Source of the DNA: a virus
Taxonomy: Duplodnaviria; Caudoviricetes
DNA: 59,918 nucleotides
Reading direction: 5' to 3' (one strand)
Virus record (IMG/VR): IMGVR_UViG_3300031825_000013
Coordinates: 1-59,918 of that record
Shown: positions 16,857 through 26,671 of the stretch, piece by piece
How the letters are laid out: every line of letters starts with the position of its first letter
How positions within the stretch are numbered: position 1 is the stretch's first letter
Translations under genes and position numbers: made by a program
Notes under the pieces: model-generated
Seen by the model: only the letters and a program-made list of their open reading frames with translations
Told to the model about the DNA's origin: nothing
Database searches by the model: none

Positions 16857-17132
16857 ATGAGCAAACGATTCATGTGCTGGACCTTCGCTGGCTCCGCGGC
16901 GCTCACCCTCGCTATTGCGATCGTCCCCGCCTTCGCCTTCTCGCCTCAAGAGCTGCTTGCCGAGCGGACCCTCGGGAAGCCCGAGCGCAAGGAGGGCGTC
17001 TGCACCATCAAGGAAGACGACCTTCGGTGGCTGCTCGGGCGAGCTGTGTTGCTCGAGCGCATCGCCTCGAACCTGTACGACCGGCTCAAAGGCTGTAGCG
17101 GAGCGCGCGAGTCGGGACGCTGCGCTCGATAG
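16857..17132 (+). CDS. Small protein with signal-peptide-like N-terminus
   Basis: GGAGGG RBS; hydrophobic leader ending AFA. Confidence 0.6.
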   Translation: MSKRFMCWTFAGSAALTLAIAIVPAFAFSPQELLAERTLGKPERKEGVCTIKEDDLRWLLGRAVLLERIASNLYDRLKGCSGARESGRCAR

Positions 17133-17155
17133 CCCCCTCATTACTGGAGATTGAC

Positions 17156-17683
17156 ATGTCTGGACCCATGCAAACCGTTGGTGGCAAGGTGAACATCAGC
17201 GAAGCCACGTTCACCCGCGAGAACGACACCACGACCTACACCGCGGGCGATGTCATGGCCGCCTCCACGACTGCTGCCGTGGCTCTCGTGTTCGAGGCTT
17301 CTGCCTACCAGTCGGGGGGCTCGGGGATCATCCAGTCCGCCACGATCATCGACGGCGCCTACCAGGCCCTGGGCCTTGCCGCTGATCTGTTCCTGTTCAA
17401 CGCGGAGCCCGCGAGCTTCGGCAACGACAACGCCGCCTTCACCCCCACGGACGCGGAACTGCAAACCCTCGTGGGCATCGTCAAGTTCACCTCGACGGAC
17501 TGGAGCGGCGGGAACCTGACCTCTGGTGCTACCGGGAACGCGGTGCAGCTCGTCACGGCCTCCATCCCGTTCAAGTGCGCGAACGACCGCTCGAAGCTCT
17601 ACGGCGTCCTCGTTGCCAGGAACGCCTACATCCCCATCGCATCGAGCCCGTTCTTTATCCGGCTCCACATCCTCCAGGACTGA
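17156..17683 (+). CDS. Hypothetical, probably virion-associated protein
   Basis: GGAG RBS, Thr/Ala/Gly-rich, strong codon bias. Confidence 0.7.
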   Translation: MSGPMQTVGGKVNISEATFTRENDTTTYTAGDVMAASTTAAVALVFEASAYQSGGSGIIQSATIIDGAYQALGLAADLFLFNAEPASFGNDNAAFTPTDAELQTLVGIVKFTSTDWSGGNLTSGATGNAVQLVTASIPFKCANDRSKLYGVLVARNAYIPIASSPFFIRLHILQD

Positions 17684-17686
17684 GCG

Positions 17687-18364
17687 GTGCCTCTCATCGC
17701 CGGCCCGCGCAGGGCGCTCCTCACGCCAAGGGCTCTGCGAGGGGAGCAGTACGTCCGGTCGCTGGCTCCCGCAGCTTGGTTCCGCAAGGGCGCGGCCGTT
17801 GTTGGGACGTGGCCGGATGCATCGGGCAACGCGCGGGACATGACGCTGTTCAACGCGCCAACGCTAAATGCGGACGGGACGGTCGCGTTCAATGGCGTGA
17901 ACCAGTACGGCAAAACGCCCGCGTTCGCCCTCAATCAGCCGGAAACCGTCTACCCCCTGTTCAAGCAGGTCAGTTGGACGAACAACGATGGTATTTTCGA
18001 CGGGAACACATCAGGGACCGGGCTGTTTTACCAAAACGGCGTAACGCCCGATACGCAAATTTTCGCAGGCACGGTCAGCCACGGTACTCCACCTGCCGCG
18101 ATCGGCACGTATGTCGTCGGCGCGTTTGTGTTCAACGCGGCGGCTTCCGTCTCACAGATCAACCTCACATCAACCACTGTCGGCTCCACCATCGGCGCAG
18201 CAAACATGGGCGGATTTACGCTCGGCTGTTGGGGCGATAACACGAAATTTGGAAATATCCAAGTGGCCGAAGTTATCATCTTCGCCGCCGCCCATAGTGC
18301 GGCGCAGCGGGAGACCGTGATCCGCTACCTCGCTTCCGTTGGTTCCGTGGAGCTTGACTCGTGA
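17687..18364 (+). CDS. Probable LamG/concanavalin-like beta-sandwich protein
   Basis: AAWFR...WPDASGNAR...IQVAEVIIF...VIRYL pattern. Confidence 0.6.
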   Translation: MPLIAGPRRALLTPRALRGEQYVRSLAPAAWFRKGAAVVGTWPDASGNARDMTLFNAPTLNADGTVAFNGVNQYGKTPAFALNQPETVYPLFKQVSWTNNDGIFDGNTSGTGLFYQNGVTPDTQIFAGTVSHGTPPAAIGTYVVGAFVFNAAASVSQINLTSTTVGSTIGAANMGGFTLGCWGDNTKFGNIQVAEVIIFAAAHSAAQRETVIRYLASVGSVELDS

Positions 18365-20544
18365 GGCCCGACATGAAGGACAAGCCCCCGGAGCCGATGA
18401 GTGAAGAGGAGCGATTCGGTCGGCTCAATGCTCTCGGCGTGAGCCTCACCAAGACGCGCAAGATCGCCATTGACGGCCGTGCAGCTTCCGGCATCGAGCG
18501 CTGCTGGATCGAGGACGAGGAGTTCTACGAGGGCATCGACGACCTCAACCGGCACGAGAGTCACAACAACTGGCACACCAAGCCTCCCGGTCAAGCAAAC
18601 CCGCAGGTCTCCTCGAACGAAAGCACGATCTTCGTCAACATCACGCGGCCCTACGTTGACGCAGCGGCGGCGAAAGTTGGGGACATCATGCTCCCCACCG
18701 ACGACCGGCCGTGGAGCCTGTCGGCAACCCCCGTCCCCGAATTGCTGGACATGGCGAAGGGGAAGCTGCCCCAGCCGGTGCAAGATGGCATGGTTGAGAG
18801 CGGGGTCCCTCAAGAGGTGCAGGGCCAAGTTGCCGACATCGAGGCCGAGCAAGCCGCCAAGCTGATCGAGGAGGCCAAGAGCAAAGCCGAGAAGGCCGAG
18901 AAGCGCATCGAGGACTGGATGGTCGAGGGGCAGTGGCACGCCGAAGTCCGGAAGGGCTTGGACGACTGCTGCAAGGTGGGGTCCATGGTCCTCAAGGGAC
19001 CCGTCCCCATGGCGAAGAAGGCCATGATGTTCAAGGACGGCGCCTTGGTCGTGAGCCTGGAGACGAAGCCAGTCTCCAAGCGCATCGACTACTGGAACTT
19101 CTTCCCCGATCCGGCTTGTGGAGACTCCATCCACAACGGCGCGTTCACCTGGGAGCGGGACTTCATCACGCCCAAGACTCTCGAGGCGCTGAAGCTCGAC
19201 GACGACTACCTCGCCCCGCAGATCGACTTGTGTCTTGCCGAGGGCCCGAAGAAAGCCACCGACGCCCGTACACAAACGAGCAAGCACGAGGTAGATGACA
19301 AGGACCTCTACGAGATTTGGTACTTCCACGGGCAAGCCCGGAGGGAGGACCTGGAAGCGGCTGGTTGCAAGTGCAAGGACGACACCGTTTCCATCCCCGC
19401 CATGATCGCCATGGTCAACGATCGGGTCATCAAGGCGCGGCTGAATCCGCTGGATGCCGGGGAGTTCCCCTACGACATCATGCCGTGGCAGAGGTTGAAG
19501 AACCTGCCGTGGGGTGCCGGGGTGGCGAGGCAGATCCGGACTCCGCAGCGCATCGTGATCGGTGGGACGCGGACGTTGATGACCAACGCCGGCCGTGCTG
19601 CTGGTCCCATCATCGTGAAGCTGGGCGGGATCGTGTCTCCCCTCGATGGATCGAACGACATCACGCCCTGGAAGCAGTACGAGGCGACCGAGGGCGCCGA
19701 TGTCACCAAGGCATTCCAAGTCTACGAGATTCCCGACCGGCAAGCCTCCCTCATGGGGGTCATCCAATTCGGCTTGAAGATGGCCGAGGATGTGACGGGA
19801 CTTCCCCTGCTGCTGCAAGGCCAAGCCGGAGCGGCTCCGGAAACCCTCGGCGGGCAACAGCTTGTGGACCGAAATGCTTCTGGAGTGCTTCGCAGAATCG
19901 CCCGGACGATCGACGACTGCGTAACCGAGCCCCACGTCCGCAGGTACTACGCCTGGCTCCTCCAGTACGGCAAGGACGAGGAGAAGGGCGAGTTCGTCAT
20001 CGACGCCAGAGGTTCTACCGCCCTTGTAGAACGAGAGCTCTACAAGAACGAGGTCAACCAACTGCTGGAAGCCTCGCTCAATCCTGCGTTTGGCTTGGAC
20101 CCCGAGCTGGTCATGGCCGAGCACCTGCGGGTCGAGAAGAAGGACCCGAAGAACTTCCAGCTCTCCGAGGAGAAGAAGAAGGCCATGGCGCAGCAGCAGC
20201 CCCAGGCGCCGGATACCTCGCTCGAAGTCGCCAAGATCCGCTCCAAGACCGAGATGGACAAGGCCGTGGTGAATCAGAAGTCCGACATGGCCGAGATTCA
20301 GGCCAAGGCCGAGGACGCGCAGAAGCAGCGCGACCACGAACGGGCCATGTTGAGCATGCAGCTCCAGGTCAAGACCATGGAGTTCGCCGAGAAGCGCGGG
20401 CTCAAGCTGCAAGACGTGAAGGCGCAGCTCGCCAAGACCGTCATGGAGCTTCGCGTGCAGAAGGAAATGGGCGGCACCAACGTCGCCACTCCGAAGATCG
20501 AGCCTCGCGGGAAAGCCCCTGAAGGGCAGGCGTTCGCCCGATGA
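18361..20544 (+). CDS. Portal protein (podovirus type, long C-terminal helical barrel)
   Basis: 727 aa, FVNITRP, NFFPDP, GEFPY, coiled-coil C-terminus; between terminase and scaffold. Confidence 0.85.
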   Translation: MRPDMKDKPPEPMSEEERFGRLNALGVSLTKTRKIAIDGRAASGIERCWIEDEEFYEGIDDLNRHESHNNWHTKPPGQANPQVSSNESTIFVNITRPYVDAAAAKVGDIMLPTDDRPWSLSATPVPELLDMAKGKLPQPVQDGMVESGVPQEVQGQVADIEAEQAAKLIEEAKSKAEKAEKRIEDWMVEGQWHAEVRKGLDDCCKVGSMVLKGPVPMAKKAMMFKDGALVVSLETKPVSKRIDYWNFFPDPACGDSIHNGAFTWERDFITPKTLEALKLDDDYLAPQIDLCLAEGPKKATDARTQTSKHEVDDKDLYEIWYFHGQARREDLEAAGCKCKDDTVSIPAMIAMVNDRVIKARLNPLDAGEFPYDIMPWQRLKNLPWGAGVARQIRTPQRIVIGGTRTLMTNAGRAAGPIIVKLGGIVSPLDGSNDITPWKQYEATEGADVTKAFQVYEIPDRQASLMGVIQFGLKMAEDVTGLPLLLQGQAGAAPETLGGQQLVDRNASGVLRRIARTIDDCVTEPHVRRYYAWLLQYGKDEEKGEFVIDARGSTALVERELYKNEVNQLLEASLNPAFGLDPELVMAEHLRVEKKDPKNFQLSEEKKKAMAQQQPQAPDTSLEVAKIRSKTEMDKAVVNQKSDMAEIQAKAEDAQKQRDHERAMLSMQLQVKTMEFAEKRGLKLQDVKAQLAKTVMELRVQKEMGGTNVATPKIEPRGKAPEGQAFAR

Positions 20545-20738
20545 GTGCCCCGCTGGTACTGACGCCCTCCGAGCGCACAAGCCCCCTGTGGGTGAAGCTC
20601 GAAACGCACTTCAAAGGCCGTCTTGAGGACAAGCGCATCGCCAATGATGCCGTGAAGTCCCAGGCAGAAACCGATTTCCTCCGCGGCGAGATCGCGCAGA
20701 TCAAGGCGCTTCTCGCCCTCGGAGCAAGCAGGACGTAG
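20541..20738 (+). CDS. Small conserved protein after the portal
   Basis: TDFLRGEIAQIKALLAL; coupled ORF. Confidence 0.7.
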   Translation: MSAPLVLTPSERTSPLWVKLETHFKGRLEDKRIANDAVKSQAETDFLRGEIAQIKALLALGASRT

Positions 20739-20762
20739 CGACCCTCACACGTCGCACGCAAC

Positions 20763-20784
20763 AAAGGCCCTTCGGGGCCTTTTT
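20763..20784 (+). terminator. Intrinsic terminator-like hairpin
   Basis: AAAGGCCC-TTCG-GGGCCTTTTT. Confidence 0.7.
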
Positions 20785-20799
20785 CATTGGAGGAACGCA

Positions 20800-21705
20800 G
20801 TGGCCGACGAACAAGTTGTTGAACCGACACAAGAGCAGGTAGCAGCGGATTCCAGTGCTGGCTTTGCCAGGGGATTCAACACGGCGCGCGGAGTACCGCC
20901 CCCCGTCGAGACTCCCGTGGAGAAGCCCGTCGTGACCGAGGAGGTGAAAGCCGAGCCGGTTGAGGAAGTGAAGCCCGACGAATGGGAGGGAGTCCCGCCC
21001 AAGGTCAAGGCCGAACTGGAATCCGTGAGCGCACGGCTCGCGTCGTTCGACAAGCTCCCCGACAGGCTGCGAAACATCGAAGGTCACATCGGAGGCATCA
21101 CCTCGCAACTCAAGACCGCCCTGGCAGCAAAAGTGGCCGTCGAGAAGAGCGGGGCGGAAGCGCCGACATCGGACCAGATCGCGCAAGCCAAGTCGTCGGA
21201 GAAGTGGGCGCAACTGAAGGTGGACTACCCCGACTGGGCAGAAGCGATGGATGAGCGTCTTGCGACCCTCAAACCCGCCCAAGCCACGGTGGACGTAGCC
21301 GGCATCAAGTCGGAACTGGCGAAGGACTTCGATACCCGTCTCTCGGAAGCGGAAATGCGCGCGCGTCAATTCGCCCGCGTGGATCTGAAGTACGAGGACT
21401 GGGAGCAGACCATCAACAGCCCGGCCTACCTGGCGTGGATCGCAAAGCAGCCCCCGGAAATCCGGGCGCTCGAGCACAGCCCCAACGCCAAGGACGCAAT
21501 CCAGGTACTCGACGCCTATTCCGCAGCGCAGAAGGCCGCCCAAGTGGCCGCCGCAGCCGCCGCGAAGAAGAAAGCCGAGAAGGAAGCACAAGACCAGCGG
21601 TTGAAGGGAGCCTCGACCCCACAAGGGGCCGTCGCCGCTTCTCCGCACACCCTAGACGATGCAGACGCCCTGGACCGCGGCTTTGCCCGCGTTCGCGGTG
21701 GATAA
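20800..21705 (+). CDS. Probable capsid scaffolding protein
   Basis: Acidic and helical; directly upstream of the major capsid gene. Confidence 0.7.
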   Translation: MADEQVVEPTQEQVAADSSAGFARGFNTARGVPPPVETPVEKPVVTEEVKAEPVEEVKPDEWEGVPPKVKAELESVSARLASFDKLPDRLRNIEGHIGGITSQLKTALAAKVAVEKSGAEAPTSDQIAQAKSSEKWAQLKVDYPDWAEAMDERLATLKPAQATVDVAGIKSELAKDFDTRLSEAEMRARQFARVDLKYEDWEQTINSPAYLAWIAKQPPEIRALEHSPNAKDAIQVLDAYSAAQKAAQVAAAAAAKKKAEKEAQDQRLKGASTPQGAVAASPHTLDDADALDRGFARVRGG

Positions 21706-21717
21706 CGGAGCACAACC

Positions 21718-22764
21718 ATGTCCCAATTCAGCTACGCAACGCCCGCCGGGCGAATCAACGAAGTCAAAGGCGAGATCCTCGCCCACGCCATCCCCAAGGA
21801 AGTCCTCGGGATCACGGGCCAGCAGAAGAAGATCCCCAAGAACAGCGGCGACAACGTGACGTTCCGGCGCTACCTGCCCTACGGCGGCGCCACCACGTCG
21901 GCCACGACCATCAACCAATGGACCGTCACCCTCGCGGCCCACGCCACCCAGGAAGGCGTGACCCCGCCGGCCGACACGCTCGTCCCGCAGGACATCAGCG
22001 TCACCCTCACGCAGTACTCGTGCCTCTACATGTACACCGACAAAACGGCGGAAATGTACGAGGACGACATCCCGTCCGAGATGAAGAAGCAGGTCGGCGA
22101 GCGCATGGGGCTGGTGCGCGAGATGGTCCGCTGGGGAGCGCTCAAGGCGTGTTCCAACGTGTTCTACGCCGGCGGCACGACCCGCCTGACGGTGGACGAG
22201 CCCGTGAGCATCAACTTCCTGCGCCGCATCTCGCGTTCGCTCCTGGCGAACCGCGCATCGACCATCACCCGCATCCTCGCCCCGAGCGCCAACTACAACA
22301 CGGCGCCCGTGGAGGCCGCGTTCCTCGTCTTCTGCCACACCGACGTGGAATCCGACATCCGCGACCTTCCTGGCTTCAAGGAAGTGGCGGCCTACGGCCA
22401 GCGCAAGCCGGTTCACGAAATGGAGATCGGCAGCGTCGACCGCTTCCGCTTCATCGTGAGCCCGGAACTGTCGTCCATCCCGGACTCCGGGGCGGCCCAA
22501 GGTTCCACGGGCCTCTACTACACCACCGCGAACACCGCGATCGACGTGTACCCGATGATCGTCGTGGCCGAAGACGCATGGGGTGAAGTCGCCCTTCGCG
22601 GGTCCGAGTCCTTCGACCTCACGGACCTCAAGCCCGGCCAGAAGGACAAGAGCGACCCCCGTGGCCAGCGCGGCTACGTCGGCGCCGGCTTCTGGTCCGC
22701 CGCGAAGGTCCTCAACGACGGCTGGATGGCCGTCGGCGAAGTCGGCGTGAAGGCCCTGACGTAA
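21718..22764 (+). CDS. Major capsid protein (N4 gp56-like family)
   Basis: IPKNSGDNVTFRRY, EGVTP, EIGSVDRFRFI, DKSDPRGQRGYVG. Confidence 0.9.
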   Translation: MSQFSYATPAGRINEVKGEILAHAIPKEVLGITGQQKKIPKNSGDNVTFRRYLPYGGATTSATTINQWTVTLAAHATQEGVTPPADTLVPQDISVTLTQYSCLYMYTDKTAEMYEDDIPSEMKKQVGERMGLVREMVRWGALKACSNVFYAGGTTRLTVDEPVSINFLRRISRSLLANRASTITRILAPSANYNTAPVEAAFLVFCHTDVESDIRDLPGFKEVAAYGQRKPVHEMEIGSVDRFRFIVSPELSSIPDSGAAQGSTGLYYTTANTAIDVYPMIVVAEDAWGEVALRGSESFDLTDLKPGQKDKSDPRGQRGYVGAGFWSAAKVLNDGWMAVGEVGVKALT

Positions 22765-22821
22765 TCCATCAACTACTAGAGCGGCCCCCTTCGGGGGGCT
22801 GCACAACAAGGAGACAACACC

Positions 22822-23331
22822 ATGTCCGGCAACAACCAACGCAAGGTTCCGGGGCTGACGATCAACCAGATCAGCGCCGCGCTCGTCAAGGGCAGCAACA
22901 AGAGCTACTCCACCACGGTCACGACCCAGTGCGTCATCAATGGCAAGTTCGCCACCGCCCTGACGGCGCAGACGAACCAAGCCGTCCCGACCACCGACCA
23001 CGCGACCAGCGCCGCCTTCGTGGCGCAGACCGACGACACGGCCTGCTGCTACGTCATGGGCATCAACGCCGCGGGCACCATCAAGGCATGCCAGGGCCCC
23101 ATCGTCTCGACCGAAGTGGGCGTGACGACCACGGCCGGCGCGTTCCGTGATGCGCCTCCGTTCCCGACCGTCCTTCCCGACGACTTCTGCCCGCTGGCCT
23201 ACACGATCGTCCGCACGGCGCCCTCAGCCGCGAACTGGACCTTCGGGACGGACAACTGGGCCGCGACGGGTGTGACCACGCTCGAGTTCGTGAACGTCGC
23301 CACGCTGCCCGATCGCCCGCAGACCGCGTAA
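22822..23331 (+). CDS. Probable capsid decoration protein, paralog A
   Basis: Follows the capsid gene; similar to the next ORF. Confidence 0.65.
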   Translation: MSGNNQRKVPGLTINQISAALVKGSNKSYSTTVTTQCVINGKFATALTAQTNQAVPTTDHATSAAFVAQTDDTACCYVMGINAAGTIKACQGPIVSTEVGVTTTAGAFRDAPPFPTVLPDDFCPLAYTIVRTAPSAANWTFGTDNWAATGVTTLEFVNVATLPDRPQTA

Positions 23332-23343
23332 GGAGAACGAGCC

Positions 23344-23850
23344 ATGTCCGGCAATGCCCAACGGCAACTCCGCGGGTTCACGGGGGCTTTCAAGAGCTCC
23401 GCGCTCACCGCAACCGGCACGGAGACGGTTCACGACTCGACCGTCGCCATGCCCTTCTCCATCAACGGGAAGCTCTACTCCAAGTCGGGCACCAACGCCG
23501 ACCAAACGACCCCGACCACCGACCACAACACCGGAGCCAACTTCATCGGCCTGGTTGGAAAGGCGGTAGGCGGCCAGGGGTGCGTCTTCGTGTGGGCCTA
23601 CAACTCCAGCGGAACGGTCAAGGTCATGCAGGGCAACGTCTGCACGTTGGACGACGCCGGCACGTTCCTCAATGAGTTCCCGCAGTTTCCCTTCGTCCCC
23701 GACGACGTGTGCCCGTTCGCCTACATGGTGAGCAAGCACTACTCCGAGGCGACGACGTTCTCGTTCGGAACCTCGAACTGGAATACCACGGGGTATAGCC
23801 ACGCGATTATCAACGTGATGCAGCTCCCCGATCGTCCTCAAGTCGCATAG
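23344..23850 (+). CDS. Probable capsid decoration protein, paralog B
   Basis: Shares INGK, PTTDH, PDD.CP.AY, FGT.NW, LPDRPQ with paralog A. Confidence 0.65.
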   Translation: MSGNAQRQLRGFTGAFKSSALTATGTETVHDSTVAMPFSINGKLYSKSGTNADQTTPTTDHNTGANFIGLVGKAVGGQGCVFVWAYNSSGTVKVMQGNVCTLDDAGTFLNEFPQFPFVPDDVCPFAYMVSKHYSEATTFSFGTSNWNTTGYSHAIINVMQLPDRPQVA

Positions 23851-23907
23851 CCAGAAAGCGGGCTGGCCTGACTCCGGCTCCCAAGAATCCTCATAAGGAG
23901 CCTCACC

Positions 23908-24537
23908 ATGAACCTCTGGAAATCTTTCCACAACGCAACCCTCACGGGCATCACCAACGTCAAGAACACGTTCAAGCTCGGCGGAACGGAAGTCACCGCC
24001 ACGGCGGCCGAACTGAACGCGCTCGATGGCATCACGGCGACCGTCTCGGAACTCAACATCATGTCGGGCGTGACCGCGACCGCGGCCGAACTCAACCGCT
24101 CGACCGACATCTCGGCGCGGATCGTCACCACGACCGCCACCGCCCTGTCCCTGACGGTGACACAGCACGCGGAGCGGGTGGTGCTCATCAACACCAACTC
24201 GACCGTGGCCAATACGTTCACGCTGCCCGCTGCCAGCGGGTCGGGGGCGAAGTTCACCCTCATCAACGGCATTGCCCAGACGCAGGGCTCGATCGTTGTG
24301 GCGGCCAACGGAACGGACGTGATGAAGGGCGGCGTCATCATCGCCGATACCACGGCCGAGACCGCGGCGGGCTTCCTGACCTCTGCCACCAGCGACAAGT
24401 ACACCTTCAACCTGACGACGATGGGCGGCCTGGGAGCGGACAAGGTGGAGGCGTGGGACGTGGCCGCGAACACCTGGCAGGTGCAGATCACCGCGTTTGG
24501 CTCCGGCACTCTCGCTACCGGCTTCGCCGCGACGTAA
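23908..24537 (+). CDS. Virion structural protein (head-fibre-like)
   Basis: TATAAELN repeats, FTLPAASGSG. Confidence 0.65.
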   Translation: MNLWKSFHNATLTGITNVKNTFKLGGTEVTATAAELNALDGITATVSELNIMSGVTATAAELNRSTDISARIVTTTATALSLTVTQHAERVVLINTNSTVANTFTLPAASGSGAKFTLINGIAQTQGSIVVAANGTDVMKGGVIIADTTAETAAGFLTSATSDKYTFNLTTMGGLGADKVEAWDVAANTWQVQITAFGSGTLATGFAAT

Positions 24538-24643
24538 CAGGACTCGACGGGGCGGGGCTTCGGCCCGGCCCCGCTGTCAGACCGGACGGCGGCTCTCCGG
24601 TGAGTACGCACCGCCACTAATCTTTCCTCCTGACAGGGACACC

Positions 24644-25186
24644 ATGAAACGGAGCCTTTTGCTCGGCTGTGGGAACTCGCACGTCAAGAAGCTGCAATTC
24701 GGCGGGGAGAAGTGGCTCGGGAAACTCACCACGCTCGACATGGACCCCAACTGCGGGGCCGATGTGGTGATGTCGCTCGACTTCCTCGGGCAGCGGTCCT
24801 GGCGACATCCGTTCGGCAAGAGACTCCCGTTCCCCGACAACACGTTCGACGAGCTGGCCAGTTACGACTGTCTCGAGCACGTCGGCCGGCAAGGAGACTG
24901 GAAGGGCTACTTCCAGGAGTTCGGCGAGTACCACCGGGTCTTGAAGCCAGGCGGCATCTTCGGAATTCTTGTGCCGATCGGCGAGGATGCTCTTGCAGAC
25001 CCGGGGCATACCCGCTTTTTCCAGTTCAACTACTTCGGGTTTCTCTCGCAGGAGTTCTACGCGAGGAACCTGTCGATGGGGACGACCTGCACCGACTATC
25101 GGTGGTTCTGGAAGAAGAACTTCGAGGTGGTGTACTTGGCGAAGGTCGAAGAGCACCACATCGCCTGTGTGTTGAGGAAGGCATGA
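24644..25186 (+). CDS. Class I SAM-dependent methyltransferase
   Basis: LLLGCG, LPFPDNTFDE, LEHV, HRVLKPGG, DPGH. Confidence 0.85.
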   Translation: MKRSLLLGCGNSHVKKLQFGGEKWLGKLTTLDMDPNCGADVVMSLDFLGQRSWRHPFGKRLPFPDNTFDELASYDCLEHVGRQGDWKGYFQEFGEYHRVLKPGGIFGILVPIGEDALADPGHTRFFQFNYFGFLSQEFYARNLSMGTTCTDYRWFWKKNFEVVYLAKVEEHHIACVLRKA

Positions 25187-25881
25187 GCGCCCTCAACATC
25201 AAGCTCGACAATCTCTCGGTGATGATCGGGATTCCCTCGACGCGAGACTTCGACCCGCGAGTAGTCAAGAGCCTCCTGAATACGTTTCGCCTCTGCTGGC
25301 AAATCGGAATTCCCTGCCACTTCGGGGAGGTCTACGGCAACGCCGTGATCCAGTGGGCGCGGGACGAGGTGATCGAGGAGTTCCTCAAAAGCGATGCCAC
25401 GCGCCTCTTCCTGATCGACTCCGACATCGTGTGGAAGCCGGAGGACTTCATGCGGATGCTGGCGCTGACTCAGCTTCGTGAAGTCGTGTGCGCCACCTAC
25501 CCGGCGAAGATTGACCAGCCGACGTTTTACGTCAATCACGACAAGACGCAGCCCGTCGTTGCGGACAGCCTGGGACTCCTCGACATCTGGGGGGTCGGCC
25601 TCGGATTCACCGTTGTACGCCGGGAAGTCATCGAAGCCCTGGTGAAGAAAGCCCCGCGCATCTACGACGAGATTTCCGGCAGGGAGCTAGCGGAAGTGTT
25701 TCGCGTGGGCAGCGTGCAGTCTGACGGTCGTAGAAGCCGCCGCGGGGAGGACATGGCGTTCTTCCGCGACATCATCGACCTTGGCTACAAGGTGTTGCTC
25801 GACCCCGAGGTTTCGCTGGGGCACATCGGCACGAAGGTTTACACGGGCTCCGTGAAGGACGCCCTGAGAGTTTCACCGTAG
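25183..25881 (+). CDS. GT-A fold glycosyltransferase-like protein
   Basis: IQWARD, LFLIDSD (DxD), GLGFTVVRREV, GEDMAFF, LGHIG. Confidence 0.8.
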   Translation: MSALNIKLDNLSVMIGIPSTRDFDPRVVKSLLNTFRLCWQIGIPCHFGEVYGNAVIQWARDEVIEEFLKSDATRLFLIDSDIVWKPEDFMRMLALTQLREVVCATYPAKIDQPTFYVNHDKTQPVVADSLGLLDIWGVGLGFTVVRREVIEALVKKAPRIYDEISGRELAEVFRVGSVQSDGRRSRRGEDMAFFRDIIDLGYKVLLDPEVSLGHIGTKVYTGSVKDALRVSP

Positions 25882-25911
25882 GACCGTTGCCTGACCAACG
25901 TCGGGTTTTCT

Positions 25912-25941
25912 GAGGGGGCTTCGGCCCCCTCTTCTTTTTTG
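25912..25941 (+). terminator. Intrinsic terminator
   Basis: GAGGGGGC-TTCG-GCCCCCTC followed by a T tract. Confidence 0.75.
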
Positions 25942-25950
25942 GAGGAACGC

Positions 25951-26457
25951 ATGCCCAGAGCATCCAGCAAGCCGGCCATCAAGTCGCGTCCGCGCGTCGA
26001 TACCAACGAGCAACCGATCGGTCAGGCCGGCACCGTCACCATGAGCCCAACCGGGGAGGCTGTTCTCGACCGGCCGGAGATCCAGGTCGTCGAAGGCCCG
26101 ATGGACCAAGCCAAGAAAGACAAGATGGCGCTGCTGGCCTTCATGGACGAGATCGTGACGGTCAACGTCCACGCGCCTACCGACAAGTACGAGCCGCAGT
26201 TCGTGCAACTGTGGAACGACGGGCGGATTCAGGTCATCCCCAGGGGCATCGACACGCCGGTCAAGCGCAAGTACATCGAAGTCCTCGCGCGGATGAAGAC
26301 CGACACGTTCCGTAACGAGGAGTTCCGGGACATGGACGGCAACAACTCCGTGCGCTGGCCCAAGACGACGGGGCTGCGCTACCCGTTCGCCGTGATCGAG
26401 GACCGCAACCCCAGGGGTCTCTCGTGGCTGCGCTCGATCCTCGCCGAAGCCGCCTGA
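25951..26457 (+). CDS. Conserved hypothetical phage protein
   Basis: FMDEIVTV...VKRKYIEVLAR...YPFAVIEDRNPRG. Confidence 0.7.
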   Translation: MPRASSKPAIKSRPRVDTNEQPIGQAGTVTMSPTGEAVLDRPEIQVVEGPMDQAKKDKMALLAFMDEIVTVNVHAPTDKYEPQFVQLWNDGRIQVIPRGIDTPVKRKYIEVLARMKTDTFRNEEFRDMDGNNSVRWPKTTGLRYPFAVIEDRNPRGLSWLRSILAEAA

Positions 26458-26458
26458 C

Positions 26459-26671
26459 GTGGACTACACCTCATGGACGGTTCCGGCCCTCAAGGCGGAG
26501 TACGCCAAGCAGGCGGCCATCCATGAGGCCGCTGCGGTAGAGCGCAAGGCCGTCGCAGAGGAACTCGAGCGCAGGAAGCGCGAGGCGGGGCTTCGCATGA
26601 AGCTCAACCAGCTCTCCGCTGACGACATCGCCACCCTCAAGGAAGTCCTCTCGGAGTACCCGAAAGCATGA
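26459..26671 (+). CDS. Hypothetical protein
   Basis: Coupled ORF. Confidence 0.55.
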   Translation: MDYTSWTVPALKAEYAKQAAIHEAAAVERKAVAEELERRKREAGLRMKLNQLSADDIATLKEVLSEYPKA

